Source of the DNA: Sumerlaeia bacterium
Lineage (GTDB): Bacteria > Sumerlaeota > Sumerlaeia > SLMS01 > JAHLLQ01
NCBI GenBank assembly: GCA_040219255.1
Contig: JAVJSW010000068.1
Location: forward strand, 160,001 to 224,000
Length of the DNA: 64,000 bases
Direction: 5' to 3'
Below are positions 18,928 to 28,514 of the stretch, one piece after another. The notes under the pieces are model-generated. The model was not told where the DNA came from, searched no databases, and saw only the letters and a list, made by a program, of their open reading frames with translations. Each line of letters begins with the position of its first letter. Position 1 is the stretch's first letter. Position numbers and translations under genes: made by a program.

Positions 18928-19545
18928 GTGAGCCAACTGCCACTCGGCCATTCCCCGCCACCCGAGCCGGACCCGTCCATCAGTCTGGAAGTCTTCACCG
19001 CTTTCCAGAACGGCGACGGAGCGGCGATGCAGGTCATCGTCGAGCGCTATCACCACCGCCTCATCGGCTTTGTCCGCATGATCGTGTGGCAACGCGAACT
19101 GGCTGAAGAACTCGCTCAGGAGGTCTTCCTCGAAGCTTACCGGCGGCGCCGGGAAATCACTCGCCCCGAATCGCTCAAGTCCTGGCTCTTCACCGTGGCG
19201 CGCCGCAAAGCCGCCAAGGAACTGGCCAGAAAGCGATACCGGGTGGAAACCTTCCCCGGCGACGAAATGATCCAGGATCTCGCGCCCGCGGTCCATCCCT
19301 CCCAGGCGGAGGGCTTCCAGTTGGAAGAAACGGCCCAAGTGCTGCATGAAATTCTGGACGAGATCAGCCCCGGCGATCGCGAACTGATCACCCTCCGCTT
19401 TTTTGGCGGACTCAGTTATCAGGAAGTCGCCGACGCCATGAACCTTTCCATTGGATCGGTGGGGGTGAAACTCAACCGGGCTCTCTCGCGCCTGAAAAAA
19501 CGGCTGGAGATTCGAGGACTCACCATGGAGGACCTGATGCCATGA
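18928..19545 (+). CDS. ECF RNA polymerase sigma factor
   Basis: Region 2 AEELAQEVFLEAY..KSWLFTVARR; region 4 LRFFGGLSYQEVADAMNLSIGSVGVKLNRA. Confidence 0.92.
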   Translation: MSQLPLGHSPPPEPDPSISLEVFTAFQNGDGAAMQVIVERYHHRLIGFVRMIVWQRELAEELAQEVFLEAYRRRREITRPESLKSWLFTVARRKAAKELARKRYRVETFPGDEMIQDLAPAVHPSQAEGFQLEETAQVLHEILDEISPGDRELITLRFFGGLSYQEVADAMNLSIGSVGVKLNRALSRLKKRLEIRGLTMEDLMP

Positions 19546-20366
19546 GCAGCAACGAAACCCATAAAGATCTGGAACAAACACTGTCCTCCTTCTCCGGCGA
19601 ATGGTCCCGCGCCCATCGCTCGGCGGACTTCCTGAAGTCTTTCGAGGAGAGACTGGCTGACGAAGTGGCCGCCGACAGCGGTCAGCCGGCCCGCATCGTG
19701 GAGCTTCCCGTGGCGTCCGAGCCGCGCCGCCGCCCCGCCCTGCTGTGGCTCGCCGCCGCCGCCGCCCTGCTCCTCATCGTCCTCGGTTCGATGACCGCCC
19801 ATCATCAGTTGTCCAGTCCCGCCGGTATGGTTCGCTACGCGAGCGCGGGTCTGCGCGAAAGCATCGGGTCGGAAATCCGCCCCGGGCAGAGCTTGGCCTT
19901 CGCGGCCGGTGAGCAGGGGTACGTGACGCTCGATGGTGAGCGCGTGAACGTCTTCTTGCACGAGAATTCCCGGCTCGACATCAAAGCGCCGGACCAGGTG
20001 TTTCTCGCCGCGGGCGAAGCCTGGTTCGCCGTCGAGCCCAATTCCGGGCCCTTCCAGATCGGCACCCCGAGCGGCCGGGTCGAAGTTTTAGGAACGAATT
20101 TTGGCGTCCAATTGTTGGAGTCCGGCATGGAGGTCAGCGTTTCCGACGGACGCGTGCGCGTGACTTCGAAAAGTGAAGATTTTGCTGTCATTGAACGGGG
20201 CACTCGTGCCATGGTATCTGATGAGGGAGGAAGACCGGTGCTGAGCGCCGCGGGGCAAGATGCGACCCCGCAATGGGCTCAGGCACTTCTGGCGGACGCA
20301 CAAGCTTACTTCGCCGCCCGGTACTTCCCCTCTGGTCAGCCACCTCGCACGGACGCCCGGGAATGA
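19542..20366 (+). CDS. FecR-domain anti-sigma factor
   Basis: Single TM (WLAAAAALLLIVL); FecR motifs LAAGEAWFAV, VEVLGTNFGV, VSVSDGRVRV; ATGA overlap with sigma gene. Confidence 0.85.
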   Translation: MSSNETHKDLEQTLSSFSGEWSRAHRSADFLKSFEERLADEVAADSGQPARIVELPVASEPRRRPALLWLAAAAALLLIVLGSMTAHHQLSSPAGMVRYASAGLRESIGSEIRPGQSLAFAAGEQGYVTLDGERVNVFLHENSRLDIKAPDQVFLAAGEAWFAVEPNSGPFQIGTPSGRVEVLGTNFGVQLLESGMEVSVSDGRVRVTSKSEDFAVIERGTRAMVSDEGGRPVLSAAGQDATPQWAQALLADAQAYFAARYFPSGQPPRTDARE

Positions 20367-21055
20367 TTGCGGACAAAAAACGATACCAAAGCAAAGCGGT
20401 TACCCTCGTGGAACTCCTTATCGTGGTGGCCATCGTTGCGATTCTTGCGGCGATCGCCGTGCCCAACTTCCTGGAAGCGCAGACCCGGGCGAAAGTCTCG
20501 GCCGCGCAGTCCAACCTGCGTGTCCTCAGGGGCGGCCTCGAAACGTACGCCGTCGACTATGGCCGCTATCCGGCCACACGGCCCATGATTCCCAGCGACC
20601 CGCTGGGCCTCCTGGCGAATCATCAACTCAAAGGCCTGACAACCCCCATCGCCTACCTGGGCCCCAGCGCCTTCCGCGATCCCTTTGGACTCGTTCAGGC
20701 CCGCGCGATCCTGCCCTCCGCCTCCTTCCTCAACGGAAACCATGGCGATTTCCCCACCTTGCCGCATCCGAACCCGGAACGCTCGGTCCTGTATTTCCAC
20801 TACCCGACGCTCTCCGCCCGGTTCCAGAATCCGGACCTGTGGATGTCCGGAGCCGCCGCCATCAGCGTGGGACCCGATCAGCAAGACTCGCTCGGTGCCT
20901 ACCGGCCCTATCCCGCCAAGGTTTTCCAGACCTATTACGGCAACAGCGCCATCGCTCATCCACTGGACACGGTCTACGATCCGACGAATGGCACCGTGAG
21001 CGAAGGCGACATCGGAATTTACACGGGGACGGCTTCGCGTTTCGCGGAGCCCTGA
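20363..21055 (+). CDS. Prepilin-type (class III signal) pilin/pseudopilin, YDPTNG family
   Basis: KA|VTLVELLIVVAIVAILAAIAVPNFLEAQTRAKVS; LTTPIAY, DPF, SVGPD, YDPTNGTVSEGDI; ATGA overlap with FecR gene. Confidence 0.85.
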   Translation: MIADKKRYQSKAVTLVELLIVVAIVAILAAIAVPNFLEAQTRAKVSAAQSNLRVLRGGLETYAVDYGRYPATRPMIPSDPLGLLANHQLKGLTTPIAYLGPSAFRDPFGLVQARAILPSASFLNGNHGDFPTLPHPNPERSVLYFHYPTLSARFQNPDLWMSGAAAISVGPDQQDSLGAYRPYPAKVFQTYYGNSAIAHPLDTVYDPTNGTVSEGDIGIYTGTASRFAEP

Positions 21056-21060
21056 TCGCC

Positions 21061-23688
21061 ATGGGATTTCAGAACCGTTTTCCATCCTCCCGCTCCAAAG
21101 CGGTTTCCCCCGTCGCGGCAAGCCTGCTGGCGGCCGTTCTCGCCGCCGCTCCCGCGGATACCGGCACCACACCGCAGCATAGCGTCGCCGCCGATTTCAA
21201 TGGCGACGGACGCGCCGACATCGCCACCGCCAATTTCTTCGACGACACCGTCGCGATTCATCTGCAGGATGGCGCCGGGAACTTCAACCTCGCCCAGTCG
21301 ATCCCTGTGGGTCTCAATACCAACCCCCTGACCGACAGCGACGGCCCCCGCTTTCTGGCCCTTGAAGATTACAACCGCGACGGCGCCCCCGATCTGACGG
21401 TGCTGTGTTCAGGCAACGTGGCCTTCGGTTCGCGCCCCAGTCTGCAAACCCTGATCAACCTGGGCGACGGGACCTTCGCCCCTCTGCCCGCCGCCGCCAC
21501 CAGCGCCCCCGGTTCCGACGCCCGCCCCGTCCAGTTCGCCCTCGGCCACATGGACGGTGACCACTATCTCGACGCGGTGATCGCGAACCTCGACGTGGCG
21601 GAAATCGCCATCCTGTCGGGCGACGGCACGGGCGCTTTCGATGGCCTGACCTCGATCGTCATGGCGGCGGAGGTGATCGACCTCGCCGTCGTGGACCTGC
21701 AAGGCGATGGCCTCGACGACATCGTCGCCATCGAAGCCCCCGGCACCGTCGTCGCGATCGTTCAGAGCGCCGCCGGAGTGCTCGCAACTCCCCAAACGCT
21801 CGCCGGGCCGATGGCGGGCGCCGATTTGCAGGCGCTGGCCCTTGACGACTTCGACGGCGACGGCTTCCTGGACATCGCCCTGGCCGACCGCTCCGGAGCC
21901 GCTTGGCTGATATCCGGACCCATGAGCCCCAATGAAAACCTGACCCCCATCGCCCTGTCCTCTCCGTCTTTGGTGGGACCGGCCGATATCGCTTCCGTTC
22001 ATTGGGACGGCGATTTCGTGGCCGATGTGGCCCTGGCGGACCTGGACGGTGATCAGGTCGTGATCGTGACCTCCAAAGAGGGCGAAATCACCGCCGCCAC
22101 CGCCCAGGCTCCGCGCCGGCTCTTTTCCGCCGACATCGATGGCGACGGTAACGCCGACCTCGTCACGGCGAACGAGGGCGACCGGCCCGATCAGTCCGGC
22201 ACGGACCCAAACAACGAGGACGTGTCGATCGTCCTCAGCCCGGCGACCGTGCCCCCGGCGGACGGCTTCCCGCAGATCCTGAGCGACCGCGCCATCCCCG
22301 CCAACCTGACGCTCCGCGCGCGGTCGGTCTCCGCCAGTTCCCCGGATTTCGCCTGGGTTCTGACCACCGACGGCCAAACGGTCAAGGCCCGCACGGGCGA
22401 GGGCGTCCTGGTGGCGGCGGCTCAGTTGCCGGCGCAGGCGGGCGCACTGGCGATGGCCTATGAAGACGACGCCAGCTCCGCCTCCCAGGGACTGATGATC
22501 CACCGCTTCGACGCCGAGATTTCCGGCTTCACCTTCAATCTGGAAAATCCCGCCGTGATCGAGGATTTCGCCTCCTCGGCCACCTTCGCCTACGATCCCG
22601 GCGCCTTGGGATTCGCCGGCCTGGCCTGGGATCGCGAGGAAGGCGAACTCTTCGTCTCCGCCCCCGGGAAGGGCGAAATCGTCCGCTTGTCGGAAGCGGG
22701 CACCGTCCTGGGCACCTATCCGGTCACCCCTACGCCGGGGCAGATGACATGGGACCCAGGGCGCGACCTTCTCGTGGTGACCGCCCCGGGGCGCAGCGAC
22801 TTCCGCTTCTACAGCCGCGAAGGCGTGCTTCAGACATCGCCTCCCGCGGCTCCGGTGGATTTGGCGGAGCGAAGCGTTCTTTTCGCCCGCGACGGTCTGG
22901 TGGCGCTCACATACAACGACAACAACGAATTCCTGGCGGTGGGCGGGAACGGATTCGTGCTCAAGGTGGCTCGCAATGGCAGCATCCGGGAGGGCGGCGT
23001 CTTCGGTCCGCTGTCCGACCCGCTGGCGCTGGCTCACGATCCGCTGCTCGGCAAGGTGATCGTGCTCGGCAATTCGGGCGGCTGGGTGGAACTTCTGCCG
23101 GACGACGACTCTGGTTTCCTGACGGTCAGCGAGATGTCGATTTGGCGCATCTGGCAGATCAATCCGGAATTCTCGCCCACCGGACTGACTCTCGCACAGG
23201 ACGGAGAGAACGTCCTGATTTCGGATCGCGACGAAGCGCGACTGGCCCGCTTCGACCGCGCCGATGGGCAGTTCAACGGCTTCCAGCCGGTCTCGCTCGT
23301 CGATCCCGGCCAGATGCCTTACCAGAGCGTCACCAAGAAGAGCCAGGGCAACGGCGTCTACCTGCGCGACCGCCTCAGTCTGCGTGATGGCGAAACGGGC
23401 GAACGCGTGCCCCTGCCTTGGACAAAGCACGGCGATCTCTCGGTCAAGGCCAACGGCGAGGTGGTTCTTTCTCTGCCCAATCCCTCCTCCGTGGGTACGC
23501 TCGACCCAGTCACGAGAACGGAGTCGGTGATCGGTCTCGGTCCGTCCGATTCCACAACCGGCCTGGCCATCGACGAAGCGAGCGGTGAACTGCACCGGCT
23601 CAACACGCGGGCCGGGGAGTTGTCGCTGCAAACCTATCAATTCCAGGGGGCCGCGTCTGTTTCGCCGGCATGGCTGGAGTATCGCTGA
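21061..23688 (+). CDS. Exported FG-GAP/VCBS beta-propeller protein with a second propeller and a C-terminal W-x-x-Y tag
   Basis: Seven DxxGDG-type Ca-binding blades (DFNGDGRAD, DYNRDGAPD, HMDGDHYLD, DLQGDGLDD, DFDGDGFLD, HWDGDFVAD, DIDGDGNAD); ends AASVSPAWLEYR; ATG 5 nt after pilin stop. Confidence 0.8.
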   Translation: MGFQNRFPSSRSKAVSPVAASLLAAVLAAAPADTGTTPQHSVAADFNGDGRADIATANFFDDTVAIHLQDGAGNFNLAQSIPVGLNTNPLTDSDGPRFLALEDYNRDGAPDLTVLCSGNVAFGSRPSLQTLINLGDGTFAPLPAAATSAPGSDARPVQFALGHMDGDHYLDAVIANLDVAEIAILSGDGTGAFDGLTSIVMAAEVIDLAVVDLQGDGLDDIVAIEAPGTVVAIVQSAAGVLATPQTLAGPMAGADLQALALDDFDGDGFLDIALADRSGAAWLISGPMSPNENLTPIALSSPSLVGPADIASVHWDGDFVADVALADLDGDQVVIVTSKEGEITAATAQAPRRLFSADIDGDGNADLVTANEGDRPDQSGTDPNNEDVSIVLSPATVPPADGFPQILSDRAIPANLTLRARSVSASSPDFAWVLTTDGQTVKARTGEGVLVAAAQLPAQAGALAMAYEDDASSASQGLMIHRFDAEISGFTFNLENPAVIEDFASSATFAYDPGALGFAGLAWDREEGELFVSAPGKGEIVRLSEAGTVLGTYPVTPTPGQMTWDPGRDLLVVTAPGRSDFRFYSREGVLQTSPPAAPVDLAERSVLFARDGLVALTYNDNNEFLAVGGNGFVLKVARNGSIREGGVFGPLSDPLALAHDPLLGKVIVLGNSGGWVELLPDDDSGFLTVSEMSIWRIWQINPEFSPTGLTLAQDGENVLISDRDEARLARFDRADGQFNGFQPVSLVDPGQMPYQSVTKKSQGNGVYLRDRLSLRDGETGERVPLPWTKHGDLSVKANGEVVLSLPNPSSVGTLDPVTRTESVIGLGPSDSTTGLAIDEASGELHRLNTRAGELSLQTYQFQGAASVSPAWLEYR

Positions 23689-23779
23689 GTCCCTCGCCCT
23701 TCCCCTTGCGTCATAGGCCTGCATAGAGTTGCAATATGCCCCGTCAGATTTCACTCCAGGCGGGAGTTTTGCCCCATCC

Positions 23780-26671
23780 ATGCTGCGTTTCCAAGATCCC
23801 CCGGCTCAGACCCAACGGGACTTTCTCAAGGCCCTGCGCGATTCGTTCAATGGCGCCCTGCGCGATGAAGCCTGGGCCCGAGGGCTGTACGCCACGGATG
23901 CGTCCATGTACCAGCAAACCCCCGCGGCGGTGCTGGCTCCCCAATCGGTGAAAGACATTCAGAAGGCCCTTGCGCTCTGCTCGGACCACCACATGCCAAT
24001 CCTGCCCCGCGGCGCCGGGACGAGCCTCGCCGGCCAGTGCACCATCGACGGCGGCCTTGTCATCGATGTGTCCCAGCATTTCACCAAAATCGGCCAGGTG
24101 AACGAAGCCGAGGGCTGGGTCATCGTGGAACCGGGTGTGGTGCGCGACACGCTGAACGCCCACCTGGCGCCGAAGGGTGTCATGTTCGCCCCGGAAACCA
24201 GCACCAGCAACCGCGCCAACGTCGGCGGCATGATTGGCAACAACAGCAGCGGCATGATGAGCATCCGCTATGGCAAGACCATCGACCACGTGCTGGGCGC
24301 GTGGGCGGTGCTGGCCGATGGGCGCGAGATTTACTTCGGCCGCCGCGAAGAGATGGATGCCGACGGCTGCGCGCTGCTCGACGCGCTCCTGGAGATCGTG
24401 AACCGCAACCGGGCCCTGATCGAGGAACGTTTCCCCAAGACGATGCGCCGCGCCGGCGGCTACATGCTCGACGAGTTCCTGGGCGATGACCCGAATCTGG
24501 CGAAAATCCTCTGCGCGAGCGAAGGCACGCTGGCTTTCCTGACCCGGGCGAAGCTCAAACTCGAGCCCAAGCTGAAGCACGTCGCCGCCGTGGCCGTGCA
24601 CTTCAAGAGCGTGGTGAACAGCCTGCGCGCCATGCCCGACATCGCCGCCCACAACCCGTTGTCGGCCGAGTTGATGGACGAAGAGCTGCTGACCATGTGC
24701 GCCGACAACGAAACCACCAAGGCCATGATGTGGTGGATGCACGGCCATCCAGAGGCCGTGATCGCCGTGGAGATGGACGGCGACACGCAGGAAGCCGCCG
24801 AGGCGCGCATCCGCGATCTGGTGGCGGACCTGAAGGCCAAGGGCTGGGGTTATGAATACGCCGAGCTGATGAAGCCCGAGGAGCGTTATCAGATCATCGA
24901 GGTCCGCAAACACGGCCTCGGCATCATGCTCAAAATGATCGGCGATCCCAAGCCCATCGCCTTTATCGAGGACGCGGCGATTCCGCTGGAGACGCTGGCG
25001 GAGTATGTGGAGCGCGTCTTCGCCATCGCGGCGAAGGAGAAAGTGCGGGTCATTTCCTATGGCCACGCCAGCGTCGGCGTGCTGCACCTGCGGCCGATCC
25101 TGAACCTGAAGACCCGCGAGGGGCGCGATACGCTGGCGCGGATTTCCGGGAAGGTCATGCCCCTGGTGCGCGAGTACGGCGGGTCCTGGGCCAGCGAACA
25201 CGGCGACGGCATCGCCCGCGGCGCCCAAAACCACGACTTCTGGGGCGAGGACATGATCGCCGTCTTCCGCGAGGTGAAGGCCCTGTTCGATCCCAAGGGC
25301 CTCTTCAACCCGGGAAAAATCTTCGACACGCCGCCCGTCAGCGGCCCCCTGCGCTATACCGCCGAGTACAAGCAGAGCGACTACAAGAGCGCCTACGCCT
25401 TTGCCGCCGAGGGTGGATTCCAGGGCGCTGTGGAAATGTGTAACGGCGTCGGGGCCTGTCGTAAAGTGGGCAGTGGCACGATGTGCCCGTCCTACATGGC
25501 GACGCGCGAGGAGAAGGATTCGACCCGCGGGCGGGCGAACGCGTTGCGCCTCGCGATGAGCGGCCAGCTCGGCGAGGACGCCATGACCGGCGACGGGCTC
25601 AAGGAAGTGCTCGACCTTTGCCTGGAATGCAAAGCCTGCAAGACCGAATGCCCCAGCAACGTGGACATGGCGAAGATGAAGAGCGAATTCCTGCACGCCT
25701 TCAACACGCGCCACGGGGCGACGCTGCGGGACAAGGCGCTTGGCTTCTCGCCCCACACGGCGCGGCTGAACAGCGGCTGGCGCGCGCGCTTCGTGAACCC
25801 GATCCTGCGTAACCCGCTCACACGCCGCGCCTTCGCCAAGATGCTCGGCGTGGCGGTGGAGCGCCCCCTGCCACCGTACGCCACCGAAACCCTGCAAACG
25901 TGGTTCGACAAGCGGCCCAAGCCCAAGCTGCCCAAGGACGCGCCCGAGGTCATTCTCTTCGACGACACCTACGCCTCGTGCCACGAGACGGAAATTGGCC
26001 AATGGGCCGTGCGGGTGCTCGAGCACCTGGGCTTCCGCGTATTCCTGGCGCGGGCCGGCTGTTGCCAGCGCCCCCTGATGAGCAAGGGGTTCCTGGACGA
26101 AGCCAAAGCCGGCGGCGGCAAGACCATCGCCAACCTGGACAAATACGCCAAGGCCGGGATGAAAATCCTGACGCTGGAACCGAGCTGCGGCAGCGCCCTG
26201 AAGGACGACCTGAAGGACCTTGTCGAGGACAAAGGCGCCGCCAAACGCGTCTCCGCCGCGACCTTCCCCATCGAGCAGTTCATCGAAGAAGAAGCGGTGG
26301 CCGGGCGGATCAAGATCGAGCTGCCGAAAGCCGCCAAGGACGGCTATCTGCTCCACGGCCACTGCCACCAGAAGGCGCTCTTCGGCACCGGGCCCCTCAA
26401 GCGCATCATGGCTGGCGCGGGCGCCGCGATGGAGGAAGTGGACTCGGGCTGCTGCGGCATGGCGGGCAGCTTTGGCTATGAAGAAGAGCACTACGAAATC
26501 TCGCAGCAAATCGGCGAGTCCCGCCTCTTCCCCGCCGTCCGCGCGGCCGCGAAGAAGGAACTGGTGGCCAACGGATTCAGCTGCCGCCATCAGGTCGCCG
26601 ACGCGACCGGCCGCCGCCCGGTGCACTTCATTGAAGCCCTGGGCCGGGCGATGGGGCTGAAGGAGTCGTAG
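23780..26671 (+). CDS. FAD-binding and Fe-S-binding oxidoreductase (YdiJ / D-lactate dehydrogenase-like)
   Basis: PRGAGTSLAGQ, GGMIGNNSSG, SEHGDG, CNGVGAC..MCPSY, CLECKACKTECP, CCG domains. Confidence 0.9.
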   Translation: MLRFQDPPAQTQRDFLKALRDSFNGALRDEAWARGLYATDASMYQQTPAAVLAPQSVKDIQKALALCSDHHMPILPRGAGTSLAGQCTIDGGLVIDVSQHFTKIGQVNEAEGWVIVEPGVVRDTLNAHLAPKGVMFAPETSTSNRANVGGMIGNNSSGMMSIRYGKTIDHVLGAWAVLADGREIYFGRREEMDADGCALLDALLEIVNRNRALIEERFPKTMRRAGGYMLDEFLGDDPNLAKILCASEGTLAFLTRAKLKLEPKLKHVAAVAVHFKSVVNSLRAMPDIAAHNPLSAELMDEELLTMCADNETTKAMMWWMHGHPEAVIAVEMDGDTQEAAEARIRDLVADLKAKGWGYEYAELMKPEERYQIIEVRKHGLGIMLKMIGDPKPIAFIEDAAIPLETLAEYVERVFAIAAKEKVRVISYGHASVGVLHLRPILNLKTREGRDTLARISGKVMPLVREYGGSWASEHGDGIARGAQNHDFWGEDMIAVFREVKALFDPKGLFNPGKIFDTPPVSGPLRYTAEYKQSDYKSAYAFAAEGGFQGAVEMCNGVGACRKVGSGTMCPSYMATREEKDSTRGRANALRLAMSGQLGEDAMTGDGLKEVLDLCLECKACKTECPSNVDMAKMKSEFLHAFNTRHGATLRDKALGFSPHTARLNSGWRARFVNPILRNPLTRRAFAKMLGVAVERPLPPYATETLQTWFDKRPKPKLPKDAPEVILFDDTYASCHETEIGQWAVRVLEHLGFRVFLARAGCCQRPLMSKGFLDEAKAGGGKTIANLDKYAKAGMKILTLEPSCGSALKDDLKDLVEDKGAAKRVSAATFPIEQFIEEEAVAGRIKIELPKAAKDGYLLHGHCHQKALFGTGPLKRIMAGAGAAMEEVDSGCCGMAGSFGYEEEHYEISQQIGESRLFPAVRAAAKKELVANGFSCRHQVADATGRRPVHFIEALGRAMGLKES

Positions 26672-26705
26672 GGGCGGCGCTCCTGGATCGGCACAGGCCC
26701 CAAGT

Positions 26706-26729
26706 GTAGCACAGGCACTCTTGCCTGTG
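26706..26729 (+). repeat. GTAG-type REP-like hairpin
   Basis: GTAG followed by perfect 8-bp stem CACAGGCA-ctct-TGCCTGTG in a convergent intergenic gap. Confidence 0.5.
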
Positions 26730-26746
26730 GCAAGCAGCCGAGCCGC

Positions 26747-28408
26747 TTACTCGATCCCCATCACCTCGATTTCGTAACCCGATTGCGTTTCCTCTTCGCG
26801 GTAGGGTTCCAGCAACTCCTTGCGCCATTCGGTGAGGCGTTGGCGGGCGAAGTCCGAGGCAAGGGCATCCTCCCACTCTTCAAAAGGGGGAAGCTCGCCC
26901 GGCCGGTGATCCAGCAGCAGGTAAACCGTGTAGCGGTCGCGCCCGATCAGCGAATCGCTGATTTCGCCGAGTTTGGCGTTTGGCAGATCGAGCGCCACGG
27001 CCAGCCCCGCAGCGTCGGCTGGTGACCAGTCGAGGAGCCGCTGCACCGTGACGCCGGGCACGGTGGCGTATTCGGCCAGGGCCTCGCCCGCGTTGGCGGG
27101 GTTTTCCCGGGCGGCCCAATGATCGCGGATTTCGCCGATCGTGCGCCACGCTAGGCGCCTTTGTACATGCTGCTCGCGGGGCGTGGCGGCCGGATCTTGG
27201 AGGTGCTGCGCGTGGACCGCGATCAGCTTCACCTCGTCCGGGTCGCGGTACAGATCGCCGTTGGCTTCATAGTAGGCCCGCAACTCCTCGCGGGTGGGCG
27301 GGTTCGCTTCGTGGCGGGCCACAAGGTGCTGGTGGAGGGTGGCCTGGGCCAGAAGGCCTTGCGAGAGAAACCGGTATTCGGGGCTGTCGCGGATGGCGGG
27401 GGCGGCGTCGCTGCTCAGAATCAGGAGCTGCTCCTGGGCCAAATCGATCATGCGCCCGGCAAAGCGCGGGTCGGCGCGGTCGCCGAAAAGCCCCGTGTTC
27501 ATCGCGATGACCTCGTCGTAGCTGTAGGTCTCGCCGTCGAAGCGCAGGACCGGGTCTCCCCCGGCGGGCGCTGGACCTTGGCCATCGTAAAGGACGGCGA
27601 TGTCGTGGTGGGCGCGCCGCGAGTCGAAGAACTCCCGGCGGGCTTTCTGATACGCTTCATGGCCGATTTCGCGGGCGAGACGTTTTTCGACGACCCGCAG
27701 CGGCAACGTGCCCGAGGAGCCTTTATCCGCCAGCCGCCCAAAGACCAGCCCGGCGTCCCGCTCGACCGGGCCGAAGTACGCCCCGCCCGGGTCTTGGGCG
27801 AAGAAGGCTTCGAACAGATCGGGCGCCATGCGGCCGCGCTCGATGCGGGCGAAGGCGCCATCGTAGTCCTGGCCCACGGACGCGTAGAATTCGCGGGCAA
27901 CCTCGGCGAAGGGCTCGCCCGCATCGAGCCGTTGCTGAATGGCTTCGGCCACGGTAGTCTGCTCCGGGCCCGGCTCGATCAGAATGCGGGCGCCTTCGAC
28001 CCAATCGTCCGTGGGGAACTCGGCGGCGCGGGCCTCATAGGCCTCCATCAGAGTGTCGAGATCGGGCCACGTCTCGCCCTGCAAATTGAAGTCCCACAGA
28101 CGAGTGACCAGGTACGCGTCGAGATCGAAGGGCAGTGTGGCCGTCGATACGCCCTCCTGCAGCAAGGCCTGGAAGGCGCGGTCGCTAAGGACCATGTCTT
28201 CGGCGAAAGCGAGGATATCCCCCTCATCGTTCAGCCCAACCTGGTATCCCGTGATGGGATCGAGGCGTTGAAAGGCGGTGTAGCCGATGCGGGCGAACTC
28301 TCGCCGGTCCCATTGGTTGGGGAGATGGGGGAGGGCGGCGGGAGCGGCCGATGGCATGAGCAAACCGAGTGCAAGAAGGACTGTCGCAAGGTGTCGCGTA
28401 AGAGACAT
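26747..28408 (-). CDS. Exported PpiC/rotamase-like foldase (SurA/PrsA/PpiD-like, two degenerate domains)
   Basis: Signal peptide; ARILI..RLDAGEPFAEVAREF..RGRMAPDLFEAFF; PTREELRAYYEANGDLY..LGEISDS..PFEE. Confidence 0.65.
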   Translation of the reverse strand: MSLTRHLATVLLALGLLMPSAAPAALPHLPNQWDRREFARIGYTAFQRLDPITGYQVGLNDEGDILAFAEDMVLSDRAFQALLQEGVSTATLPFDLDAYLVTRLWDFNLQGETWPDLDTLMEAYEARAAEFPTDDWVEGARILIEPGPEQTTVAEAIQQRLDAGEPFAEVAREFYASVGQDYDGAFARIERGRMAPDLFEAFFAQDPGGAYFGPVERDAGLVFGRLADKGSSGTLPLRVVEKRLAREIGHEAYQKARREFFDSRRAHHDIAVLYDGQGPAPAGGDPVLRFDGETYSYDEVIAMNTGLFGDRADPRFAGRMIDLAQEQLLILSSDAAPAIRDSPEYRFLSQGLLAQATLHQHLVARHEANPPTREELRAYYEANGDLYRDPDEVKLIAVHAQHLQDPAATPREQHVQRRLAWRTIGEIRDHWAARENPANAGEALAEYATVPGVTVQRLLDWSPADAAGLAVALDLPNAKLGEISDSLIGRDRYTVYLLLDHRPGELPPFEEWEDALASDFARQRLTEWRKELLEPYREEETQSGYEIEVMGIE

Positions 28409-28432
28409 GGGAGAATGGCCTGGGTCGGGGGT

Positions 28433-28475
28433 AAAAAAAAGGAAAGGCAGAAAGCCTCCATAGAGACTCTCTGCC
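28433..28475 (-). terminator. Intrinsic terminator of the 28515..29909 gene
   Basis: Minus-strand hairpin GGCAGAGAGTCTC..GAGGCTTTCTGCC (with GU pairs) followed by TTTCC and T8. Confidence 0.7.
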
Positions 28476-28514
28476 GATCCTACAGGTTGGGTTTTTCGCG
28501 TTCGAGCGAGGTGA

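Noticed and set aside
20260-21060. N-terminal 267 aa of the 1142-aa ORF, suggesting a giant protein overlapping the pilin gene
   Set aside because: Off-frame read-through of the FecR and pilin genes; a signal-peptide-like start exists at ATG 21061.
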